Below, in pieces: positions 31,759 to 40,179 of a stretch of 64,000 nt of DNA. A model generated the notes under the pieces. The model ran no database searches, was not told where the DNA came from, and saw nothing but the letters and a program-made list of their open reading frames with translations. Every line of letters begins with the position of its first letter. The first letter of the stretch is position 1. Position numbers and translations under genes: made by a program. Origin of the DNA: Sedimentisphaerales bacterium (lineage in GTDB: Bacteria; Planctomycetota; Phycisphaerae; Sedimentisphaerales; SM23-30); the NCBI GenBank assembly GCA_963666285.1, contig OY762711.1; one strand, given 5' to 3'.

Positions 31759-33822
31759 TTAATTATCGCATGCCGGGTACAGTCCGCAATCAAGCCACAC
31801 ACCTGCCATAGCGGCAAAATCATACATATCGACTCTACAATCAGAAAATTCCGAACCTACACCCTCTGGGCCAGCCAGGTCAAATGTTGAAGCATAGGAA
31901 TTCAGACAAAGTGACTTTTCAATCACGGAATATTGATTATACATATCCAACACTTCTTTATTTGTCATCGGATAGTTAAACAATACAAATCCGTCTAAAG
32001 AGCCGTTATAAGGATTATTTATATCTCCGCGTGTATTGCCGGCACCAAGTACCACAGAATACTCCCATGCCGCAAACTCTTCATTTATGCCCAGACCGCC
32101 GGAAGATCCAATTTCTTCACCATCCATATATACCACGGTATCGCTGCCTGTAGCATAAGTAACTGCCACCTGGTGCCATTGCCCATCAAACAGACCATCT
32201 GCACTGACCTGTACAGTTGTAAATGCACCGGACTCTGCTCTAATAGAAAAATATACTCTTTCTGATGTCTGAAGCGACAGATTAAAACATGTAGTAAAAC
32301 CGTCATTATAAGAAGAAATCACAGTTCCCGTTTCCGGATCGTCTTTTTTCACCCAGCAAACAATAGTTCCACTCTTTAGCCCCTGACTGGCATTTGGATA
32401 TGCATTTTTGCTGAGATCAGAATAGTTCTCACCATCAAATATAACTGAATTGCCATCAATACCAGCTTCATAACTTACCGCACCTGCAGCATTTGGATCA
32501 ATATTATCTGCAATACCATCAAAGTTGCCCGCTGAATCCGTTAGCTCATTTTCAAAGTCATATTTCAGCAATATACCCTTAACAGCTAAATAAGCCCTCT
32601 CACTAGTAGTCTGCTTGCCCTGGCTATTGGTTAACAAACAATAGTAAGCTCCAGATTCACTAATCATTGCATCTTCAAATACAAGTGTATCTAAATCAGC
32701 CCCTGATGCTATAAGCTCATCATCGGCATTAAACCATTCATACATAACGATAGGATTTGCATTACCTTCGGCAACAATTGCAATTTCTGCTTTTTCGCCT
32801 TCCATTACGGTAATATCCTGAGGTTGAGCAACAATCTCTGGGAAAGAACTTTCAGTATAGAAAGTCCATAAATTGCCCTGAACAGTACTTGGACTGCCGA
32901 CAGAAGAACCATTTATACTTTCATCAACTCGCCAATAAACAATCTTATCGTAACCAAGATCCATACCAGAACCATCTGGATACGCTATACCTGATACTGA
33001 AACAGGCTCAATTCCGGGCCAATTAGGTTCGCCCGGATCATTAGCAATGTCATAACTGTCAATATAAAGATAATAACCGGTAACATCTGAGTTAGGAACA
33101 CCTTGCTGATATGGATCGTCTCCCGGTTCCCAGCTTAATGTTAAATCACTGGCAGCCTGCTCAGAAGCTTCATCGCCAGGAGCAGGATTTTGTGCCGGCA
33201 GCGGCAAAATATCAATTGTCAAATCATCCATATAAATAGCTGTTCCATCACTTAAATTACCATCAATAGAACCATCGACGCTACGTATCTTGATCAAGAA
33301 TGATGCCGTATCTTCTGGTATTCTAAACCGGAAAACCGGTGATTTAAGCCATTCAGTTGTATCTAAAATCGGAGCTTCAGAATCCGGATCAGCATCGAAA
33401 AGTACCATACTTTCTTCACTGCCAATCTGTGTGCCAAGTGAATCTTTAAATTTCACAAAAACATCGACTTTATCACCAACTTCATCCATTTGCCAGGAAC
33501 TACTGGTATCACCTTTTCCATACATCCAGAAACTATAAGTTTCGCCGACGGTAAAACCACTGGTAACCTCCTGGTAGGTCATACCATAGCCTTGTCTGGC
33601 AGCAATTTTATATGAATACGTTCCAGAATGAACAAAATCATTCTTTCCAGCAAAATATACTGTTGATCCAGATTGAGCATAGTTTGTCCAATTATCCGGT
33701 TCCAACCTCTCTGTTGACGGATTTGTGGTCATTTGCTCAAACCCAGAATTGACAAATTGGGCATCAGCCAGACAAATAGATGCCGTAAAAATACAAGAAA
33801 TAAACAATACAATAGATTTCAT
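31759..33822 (-). CDS. Secreted multidomain protein: CBM-like domain, FnIII-like, Ig-like, LamG, Cys-rich dockerin-like tail
   Basis: N-terminal domain clearly homologous to the PEP-CTERM protein; YWRVDE, SGAYYC Ig motif, WHQVAVTY LamG motif. Confidence 0.85.
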   Translation of the reverse strand: MKSIVLFISCIFTASICLADAQFVNSGFEQMTTNPSTERLEPDNWTNYAQSGSTVYFAGKNDFVHSGTYSYKIAARQGYGMTYQEVTSGFTVGETYSFWMYGKGDTSSSWQMDEVGDKVDVFVKFKDSLGTQIGSEESMVLFDADPDSEAPILDTTEWLKSPVFRFRIPEDTASFLIKIRSVDGSIDGNLSDGTAIYMDDLTIDILPLPAQNPAPGDEASEQAASDLTLSWEPGDDPYQQGVPNSDVTGYYLYIDSYDIANDPGEPNWPGIEPVSVSGIAYPDGSGMDLGYDKIVYWRVDESINGSSVGSPSTVQGNLWTFYTESSFPEIVAQPQDITVMEGEKAEIAIVAEGNANPIVMYEWFNADDELIASGADLDTLVFEDAMISESGAYYCLLTNSQGKQTTSERAYLAVKGILLKYDFENELTDSAGNFDGIADNIDPNAAGAVSYEAGIDGNSVIFDGENYSDLSKNAYPNASQGLKSGTIVCWVKKDDPETGTVISSYNDGFTTCFNLSLQTSERVYFSIRAESGAFTTVQVSADGLFDGQWHQVAVTYATGSDTVVYMDGEEIGSSGGLGINEEFAAWEYSVVLGAGNTRGDINNPYNGSLDGFVLFNYPMTNKEVLDMYNQYSVIEKSLCLNSYASTFDLAGPEGVGSEFSDCRVDMYDFAAMAGVWLDCGLYPACDN

Positions 33823-33877
33823 TATTAAAACTCTCCTCTAAACTAGATGTGTTAATAAAAACTAATTAACTCGATTC

Positions 33878-33913
33878 ATTATGTATTATCCCGAGATGCT
33901 ATTTATTACATAA
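33878..33913 (-). promoter_or_regulatory. Putative ECF-sigma promoter of the glycan operon
   Basis: TTATGTAATAAATAGCATCTCGGGATAATACATAAT, closely matching the sequence upstream of the ECF sigma gene. Confidence 0.7.
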
Positions 33914-34099
33914 AAACTTAAAAAATATCCCAAGATGCCTTAAAGCTAAATACAGCAATAACCTCATTTAATATAGAGACTTACGCTATATCAAACTAAT
34001 AAAAACCGTTATAACCATGAAAACAAATGTCCACAAAACTAACTCAGAAACAGGATAATAATGATTAGAAATGCGAGGTATTTATAGATTTTGAACAGT

Positions 34100-35776
34100 T
34101 TACTCTAAAACAATCTCAGGATTTACCAGATAGAAGAAATCATTAGACCATGGACCGCCCTTAGATGCATCTGTTTCTCGAAGCCCGTCAGTAACAATAA
34201 AAGTCAAGAAACGATCCTGCTCTGCCAGGTCTATATCAATATCAATAGTACCGTCTTTGACCTTTAGCAGTTCTCTCTTATACCGTATCTGCCCATCTAC
34301 AAGAATGAAAACGTCAACATCAGCAGCTCTTCCTGCCATACCATCAATAAATTCAGATATTCCTCCTAATGACCTGAATTTTGACAGCTTATTACCCGGC
34401 ATGGAAGTTCGTATAGCCTCCAGATCAAAAGTAATGCCGCAATTACTATGAAGGCACATAATTGATTCTGGATTATCTTCAAGATTCTTGCCATTAAATA
34501 TAACCGGTGCAATCTTCGAGTTTTCTCGTACGACACCACTTCTGAACAAGCATATATTATTAGTAAACCCACCACCAGTATCCGGACATGCAAACTTATC
34601 ACCTGCGGAAGTTATTGTTACCTCACCATTTCCACCGTCCGGGATAAAAACGCCATCAATAAACTCAGATGCCTCAAAAGAATTATAATGATTATTATTC
34701 TTAATAGCCTGCCTGAAATTAGCATCTACATATTTAGCTTCAACCGGGTGAATGCCAACAGCATCACCAATTTGCCATGAATCTTTTTTGCCAGCAGCGA
34801 TTTTAACAAGGTCAAGATTTTCCTGCCCGCGCCAAACCAAGCCTGTTTTAGAGTCGACATGTCGAGCGAACATTTCATTAGCAACAGGAATGGCCTGTAT
34901 TTCAGCAGTAGAAGCGTCAAATCTAATTGCATTATTTCTGGTGATTACCTTGCTGGCTTTTTCGGCACCAGGAAGCCCTGAAAAATACTGCACTTCACCT
35001 TTAAGTACATGAAGTTCAGCTGAAGCAGAATCGTCAACATAAATACCAAACTCTGTACCAAGATCGACAAATCGACTATTTGGCGTATCTACCGTAAAAC
35101 CTCTGCCGGATTTATCGACATAGGAATAAAGTCTGCCATAAGATAAATCAATGCCATTTTTTTCTACTCTAAATTTTGATGGGCCTTCAACCAGTACATC
35201 AACACCTTCATCGTATTTCAGCTTAACAATGCCTTTATCCAATATGAAAGGAGCCTGGTTAGTCATCACTCTTTCTTCGTTAGCTAATGTCTGAGAAGCA
35301 TTGTTCCACTTTGCTCCAACCTGTTCAGCAACAGTCGCAACCGGGACAAAGTATTTAGGCGGAAATAATTCAGCATAAATAATAAACAGAAACATTAATA
35401 CAGCAGCAATAGAAACCAAAACATTATATGCACGGAAAAACTTATTGGTTTCAGCCGACACACTCGGAATATTATTTATCTTTTCTACTAATTTCGCACT
35501 CTCAGCTTTTTCAATTTCAACAGATAGTGCATCCTGTTCCTGTTGACGAAGATCCATTAAAAGACTTTCAACCTGGCTGCGGTCAGATTCGGAATCCATA
35601 ACCACAGAAGCTCCTTCTCTGCGGTATAAACGAGTAAACAGCATAATATACTCAACATATTCCTGCTGCAGATCCTGATCGTTTTCCAGAGCGGCAACCA
35701 GCCCGGCCTGCTGTTCCATGCTTGCAGTGCCGCATAATGAGGCAAAGAACAAATCATATATAGTATCTTCACGCAT
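34100..35776 (-). CDS. FecR-like anti-sigma factor with C-terminal NPCBM-like sugar-sensing domain
   Basis: Single TM; GFTVDTPNSRFVDLGTEFG, HVLKGEV FecR motifs; LHSNCGITFDL...RFLTFIVTDG. Confidence 0.88.
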   Translation of the reverse strand: MREDTIYDLFFASLCGTASMEQQAGLVAALENDQDLQQEYVEYIMLFTRLYRREGASVVMDSESDRSQVESLLMDLRQQEQDALSVEIEKAESAKLVEKINNIPSVSAETNKFFRAYNVLVSIAAVLMFLFIIYAELFPPKYFVPVATVAEQVGAKWNNASQTLANEERVMTNQAPFILDKGIVKLKYDEGVDVLVEGPSKFRVEKNGIDLSYGRLYSYVDKSGRGFTVDTPNSRFVDLGTEFGIYVDDSASAELHVLKGEVQYFSGLPGAEKASKVITRNNAIRFDASTAEIQAIPVANEMFARHVDSKTGLVWRGQENLDLVKIAAGKKDSWQIGDAVGIHPVEAKYVDANFRQAIKNNNHYNSFEASEFIDGVFIPDGGNGEVTITSAGDKFACPDTGGGFTNNICLFRSGVVRENSKIAPVIFNGKNLEDNPESIMCLHSNCGITFDLEAIRTSMPGNKLSKFRSLGGISEFIDGMAGRAADVDVFILVDGQIRYKRELLKVKDGTIDIDIDLAEQDRFLTFIVTDGLRETDASKGGPWSNDFFYLVNPEIVLE

Positions 35777-35779
35777 TGT

Positions 35780-36310
35780 TTAACAGCCTTCCTCTGATTT
35801 TGCTTGTTTAACACAATGCAATAATAATTGATGTATCTTGCTCAAGGTATAAAAAGTCATCCTGGCGGATTTTGAAATATTGTCACCTATTTCCTTGAAA
35901 GTCATTTTATTATCATAGCGCAGTTTCAATAGATATTTCTGGCTATCGTCAAGTTTTTTGACACACCGGTTAAGGGCGTTTAATTCTTCTTCCATGTCGG
36001 GGAGTGATTTTTCGACCACTTTTTCTATTGATTCCAGAAGAGATTCACTATAGCAGACCTTAGAATTTTTCTTTTTCTTATAAAAACTTAAAACCTGGAA
36101 CTTAGCAATAGTAAGTCCCCAGGCAATAAAACTCAGTTCAGGATTAAAATCGGCAAATTTTCTCCACATTACAACGGTTGTTTCCTGCATAATGTCATCA
36201 GCATCGCTGACATTGGGCACCAGCGACAAAATATAGGCATAAATGTTCCTGTCATTATGCATTAACAGCCTGAGAAACTGCTCCTGATTGTTATTACTGC
36301 TATTTTCCAT
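35780..36310 (-). CDS. ECF sigma-70 factor (Rhodopirellula/Verrucomicrobium-type)
   Basis: IYAYILSLVPNVSDADDIMQET region 2; region 4 HTH; adjacent to FecR-like gene. Confidence 0.93.
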   Translation of the reverse strand: MENSSNNNQEQFLRLLMHNDRNIYAYILSLVPNVSDADDIMQETTVVMWRKFADFNPELSFIAWGLTIAKFQVLSFYKKKKNSKVCYSESLLESIEKVVEKSLPDMEEELNALNRCVKKLDDSQKYLLKLRYDNKMTFKEIGDNISKSARMTFYTLSKIHQLLLHCVKQAKSEEGC

Positions 36311-36331
36311 ATTTAATAACTAATTATGTGA

Positions 36332-36368
36332 TATAAGTATATATCCAGAAATAAGAATTATTACATAA
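36332..36368 (-). promoter_or_regulatory. Putative autoregulatory ECF promoter
   Basis: TTATGTAATAATTCTTATTTCTGGATATATACTTATA, matching 33878-33913. Confidence 0.7.
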
Positions 36369-36593
36369 ATAAATTATATTAAATAATTTACAAGGGAAGA
36401 ATTAACAGACAAAAAAATTGTGAAAGGATTAGAAACAGGATTAAACAAATAGTATAAATGTCACTATTGTTTAATATTTTACAAATAAATTGGCTTTTAC
36501 AGCAATGTGGGACACTATAGTGCAATTAACAGCATAATGGGATCAAGTCTATCTTGATAAATTGATACATTCAGCATATGTATTTTCATGTAC

Positions 36594-36833
36594 TATTTAA
36601 TTTTAAGTGAGCAAAGTTTTATGTTTAAGACGAAGTTTTCGTCGTTGTTATGTTTTAGAGAGAGCTGATTTTTGTTGGTTCTCATTTTTTGTCGGCTCTC
36701 TACAATTGGACGGTATGTCAAAAAGTGCGCTGATTTTTTTGATGCGAAGGTTGGTTTGAAAATTTGTAAGGTGTTTGTAGTAAGGGGGATAAATTTTAAA
36801 AAACATAAATTTTGCTCTTTTGACAATTCAATA
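36594..36833. repeat. About 240-bp non-coding element, copy B, with imperfect terminal inverted repeats
   Basis: Interior is the reverse complement of 8153-8330; ends GAGCAAAgtTTTATGTTT ... AAACATAAAtTTTGCTC. Confidence 0.88.
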
Positions 36834-36866
36834 AACTTAATCGGATATTTATGCTACAATACCCAT

Positions 36867-37682
36867 ATGCAAAATCAGGGCGAACAATACCTCAAAGAAA
36901 TACTTCATAATATAACTATCGAAGGATACGAACAGTCGATCAAGCTATCAAACGGCAAAATTCTCACCGACCGCTGGCTCTTTGGCATAATCCCTGACAA
37001 ACTAACAAGTAACAAGCTTAACTCAATCTTCGATAATATCAACATGCCAACAGAATATCAGAACGATTTCTTTGCCAATATCAGCAACGCCAACCAGATA
37101 CTATTCGGCTACGAACATGACGACACAGGCATTATCATAAAAGCTTACCTCGAATTCTGGGACCAGGTCTGCCAAACTGTAATAGCAAACGAACCCGCAT
37201 ATAAGCAATCCGGCACCAAACCCGGCCCGCAACTAATGCACAAAGGTTATAAATGGCTGCCGGACAACCCTAAAAAATGTAATATTACAAGTTATTACTG
37301 CCTGCCTCTGCTAACCCCGCGAGAGATTAGTCGAAAAATTCCGGCAATTTATCCTGACAACAACCCTACCCCATCTCAAACCGCAGCCCTGGGCTTCCTC
37401 AATCTCACCGCTTCAAAATCTCCTCACACTCCAATCATTTACCTGGAAGCAGGCGAACAGGGCAACCCACGCAAATCGTTTGACCTCAACCTGTACAAAG
37501 CCGACCTATCTGTAGAAACATTCAGCAAAATACTGGATACTCTAATCGCAAACTACAATATTCCAGAATCGCAATGGCTTAACTCTTTCGCTCCCATCAG
37601 GCATCACACCCTCGGCCACATCTCAGCAGGAACAAACAGGAATGGTAACGATTTTTTTACTGCATATTTCGAAATAGAATAA
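36867..37682 (+). CDS. Hypothetical protein (271 aa)
   Basis: Long ORF; start moved to ATG 36867 because the upstream part of ORF 36672 lies in the non-coding repeat; TGcTACAAT box just upstream. Confidence 0.75.
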   Translation: MQNQGEQYLKEILHNITIEGYEQSIKLSNGKILTDRWLFGIIPDKLTSNKLNSIFDNINMPTEYQNDFFANISNANQILFGYEHDDTGIIIKAYLEFWDQVCQTVIANEPAYKQSGTKPGPQLMHKGYKWLPDNPKKCNITSYYCLPLLTPREISRKIPAIYPDNNPTPSQTAALGFLNLTASKSPHTPIIYLEAGEQGNPRKSFDLNLYKADLSVETFSKILDTLIANYNIPESQWLNSFAPIRHHTLGHISAGTNRNGNDFFTAYFEIE

Positions 37683-38054
37683 CTATAACCTTCTTTTTTA
37701 GCTCGATTTAAATAACATAAATATAACGACATAAAATTCAACTTCCTGCTGTCTCTCTATTCCATTTATCTTTTAACCGCTACAAATACAACGGTTATAA
37801 TGCCTGCATTAATCGGGTAAATTAAGAAATCCTTATTTTGTCTTTTTTTCCATAATCGTAATATGCATTTTAGCTTTTTTAACGTTATATTTTAAGGTGC
37901 AGTAAAAAATATTGCCTATATTATCAATATTATCATTGGCAAATATTAATATACTATTACCTGCCAGGGCTCAGAATACTCGGAGGCAAAATGGAATTTT
38001 CCCGCAACGGGCGGGATTGAAATAGTCATCCTTTATTTTGAGGAGATTTTCGGT

Positions 38055-38561
38055 ATGAGCAGGCTTACTATCATTTCTCTTGCAATGTTACTTCTGCTGG
38101 GCTTTGTAAATATTGACCTGGCGTCCGCCAAACCATCTAGACAAGCTAAACCCATTGATGCGGTAAAAGTAGCGGCACGAACAATTAAACAAATGGAAAA
38201 AAGCTCAGAAGCTGCAATTGCTGTTATTGAAAGAATCGAAACGCTGGGGGCTGCCAGAATCGACGGTTTTTACGCAAATGGCAAAGATGAACTGGCACAA
38301 AAATTTGAAAGCCAAATTGTCAAAATGATTACTCGCACCAGTGAGATTACTATCCAAAGGATGGAGATGTTCAAAGACAGGACTGTAGAATATCTTGAAA
38401 ACTCCGGAGAATATGAACTCGCTGCTGAACTTGAATACCAATTTGAATTATTAGTAGAAATAATTGTTCTTGAAACCGAGCAAAGCATCGCTGCTGTCAC
38501 TGGAGATGTTATCTCCGATCCGGATCCTGAAACTGCCCCTGATATTATCGACGCTGAATAA
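38055..38561 (+). CDS. Secreted alpha-helical hypothetical protein
   Basis: RBS GAGGAG; signal peptide ending ASA; acidic tail. Confidence 0.8.
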   Translation: MSRLTIISLAMLLLLGFVNIDLASAKPSRQAKPIDAVKVAARTIKQMEKSSEAAIAVIERIETLGAARIDGFYANGKDELAQKFESQIVKMITRTSEITIQRMEMFKDRTVEYLENSGEYELAAELEYQFELLVEIIVLETEQSIAAVTGDVISDPDPETAPDIIDAE

Positions 38562-38589
38562 TGTGGTATTAAATATTAGAACTATATTT

Positions 38590-40016
38590 GTAAACTTTCG
38601 CATTTTTTATAGTGTATTTAAGCCGCTGGAGCCAGAGCATCCAGCAGAAACGTATATTTTTTATCATGAACGGCCGAATTACCGAACATATATTTAATTC
38701 TTTCACTCCAAAGTTCCCTTCGGAGGTCAGCGATAGCATCGGCGAAGCTCGGAGTCTCTTTGTGTTGATACCATGGCTGAACAAAGAAGTATTGTTCATT
38801 GGGTTTCTTGGTCAGATACCTCAACCAGACCATCGAGTACAGCCAGAGTCCAAGACCAGCGGCTCTTTCTGGTCCTTTGCCCTTATATGTCTGCAGCTGT
38901 TGAACACCGAGCAGCTGTTTAGTGTTCTTGAACGTATCTTCAATAGCCCAGCGATCGGCATAACAGGTCAAAACTTCCTCAGGCGCCATAGTAATATCTG
39001 TCGTAAAGAAAAAGTCATCTTTTTCCTTACCTTCAGGGTCTCTACATATAACAACAAGGATTGGTTTGCGAGTTACCTTATACCAGAGAGCAATACGAGT
39101 ATAAACCAGCCTTTCAATAATCGTACCTCTCTGACTAAACTCAACTGTTCTCCAATTTCTGATATGGGCAGCCATTTTTTCCAACTTAGCCAGTTTTTGC
39201 CCTCTACAGCGAGGTCTGCCACGGGTTTTCTCTTTAACTTTAGGCGGCAGCTCAAACAGATCGGCATTACGCCTGATTCGAGAGATAATGGTAACATTCT
39301 CAAGATTCTTTCCAGCCAGAGTAGCATAAAACCCGTCTGCTACAAGCCTTATACGCCTGTTTGGAAGCCATTGGCATATTTCATTAATGATTTGTACCGC
39401 CAGTTCAATCAAGGATTCTTCTCCTTTGCGATGCAACCGCATATTGACCGGCAGTGCCAGAGGTTCGCCACCCCAAGATGGTTGAATTTGCAGACACGTT
39501 ACTACCAAATTCAAACCCCAGGCATATACTATTCTTTTCTTGGTAGAACGAACGGCATCTCTCCAGAATCCGGCTCCATGGACTTTTGGACCGCTTCGAT
39601 GAAACAGGGTGTCGTCCATGGACAGAGTGATTGTTCCTTTGGGACAGAATCTTTGAACCATAATCAGGGTGAGCATCTTCCACATCCGGCTCAGAGACCA
39701 GCGGCAATCTGGAAAGAAACGATGATATGCATCGTGAGCTCGTTCGCCCAGCGGGTCTGCGTAGGGTATTATGCCTGTTATCGTGCGGCGAGTAGTGCAC
39801 AATATCCAACCAATTACCACCCGGCAGAAGATTTGTGCCCCCGGCTCTGTAAAAATTGGAAAAAATTGTTGAATAAATTGCGTCCATGTCGAATAATATT
39901 GATAGTACATATCGGCCTCCGTGTCCTATTGTTATCAATCATTAAAGACATCGGATCGCCGATATTTTTTTGTTTATATTTTCAAATTTTAACCCTCAAA
40001 AAGTGCGAAAGTTTAC
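38590..40016 (-). mobile_element. IS701-like (DDE) insertion sequence, copy 1 (1427 bp)
   Basis: IRs GTAAACTTTCGCAtTTTT / AAAAgTGCGAAAGTTTAC; 5-bp target duplication TATTT; family assignment tentative. Confidence 0.92.
38618..39910 (-). CDS. DDE transposase (IS701-like)
   Basis: MDDT, VADGFY, YADRWAIEDTFKNTKQ (YREK-like) motifs. Confidence 0.92.
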   Translation of the reverse strand: MYYQYYSTWTQFIQQFFPIFTEPGAQIFCRVVIGWILCTTRRTITGIIPYADPLGERAHDAYHRFFPDCRWSLSRMWKMLTLIMVQRFCPKGTITLSMDDTLFHRSGPKVHGAGFWRDAVRSTKKRIVYAWGLNLVVTCLQIQPSWGGEPLALPVNMRLHRKGEESLIELAVQIINEICQWLPNRRIRLVADGFYATLAGKNLENVTIISRIRRNADLFELPPKVKEKTRGRPRCRGQKLAKLEKMAAHIRNWRTVEFSQRGTIIERLVYTRIALWYKVTRKPILVVICRDPEGKEKDDFFFTTDITMAPEEVLTCYADRWAIEDTFKNTKQLLGVQQLQTYKGKGPERAAGLGLWLYSMVWLRYLTKKPNEQYFFVQPWYQHKETPSFADAIADLRRELWSERIKYMFGNSAVHDKKYTFLLDALAPAA

Positions 40017-40040
40017 TATTTGCTTTTTATATAAATGTTG

Positions 40041-40076
40041 GGATTTTGCCTCTGAAACGGGGCAAAATCCTTTTTT
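40041..40076 (+). terminator. Intrinsic terminator, probably native to gene 38055-38561
   Basis: GGATTTTGCC-N10-GGCAAAATCC-TTTTTT. Confidence 0.8.
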
Positions 40077-40179
40077 ATCCTGTAAAGCTATAGTTAACTT
40101 TTGCAGTTTTAAGTTGCAATAACTGATTGCCTTTGGTTAATCGCCCCTATAAATAACCAAATAAACTCACCCAAACGCT

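Noticed and set aside
36672..36866. N-terminal extension of ORF 36672-37682, and similar short ORFs at 8105-8415
   Set aside because: They translate the non-coding repeat; indels between copies break the frame
37995..38023. Sequence resembling a type I-C CRISPR repeat (CCCGCAACGGGCGGGATTGAAAT)
   Set aside because: Single copy, no spacers, no cas genes; more likely a 5' UTR hairpin. It also matched no riboswitch consensus I could recognise
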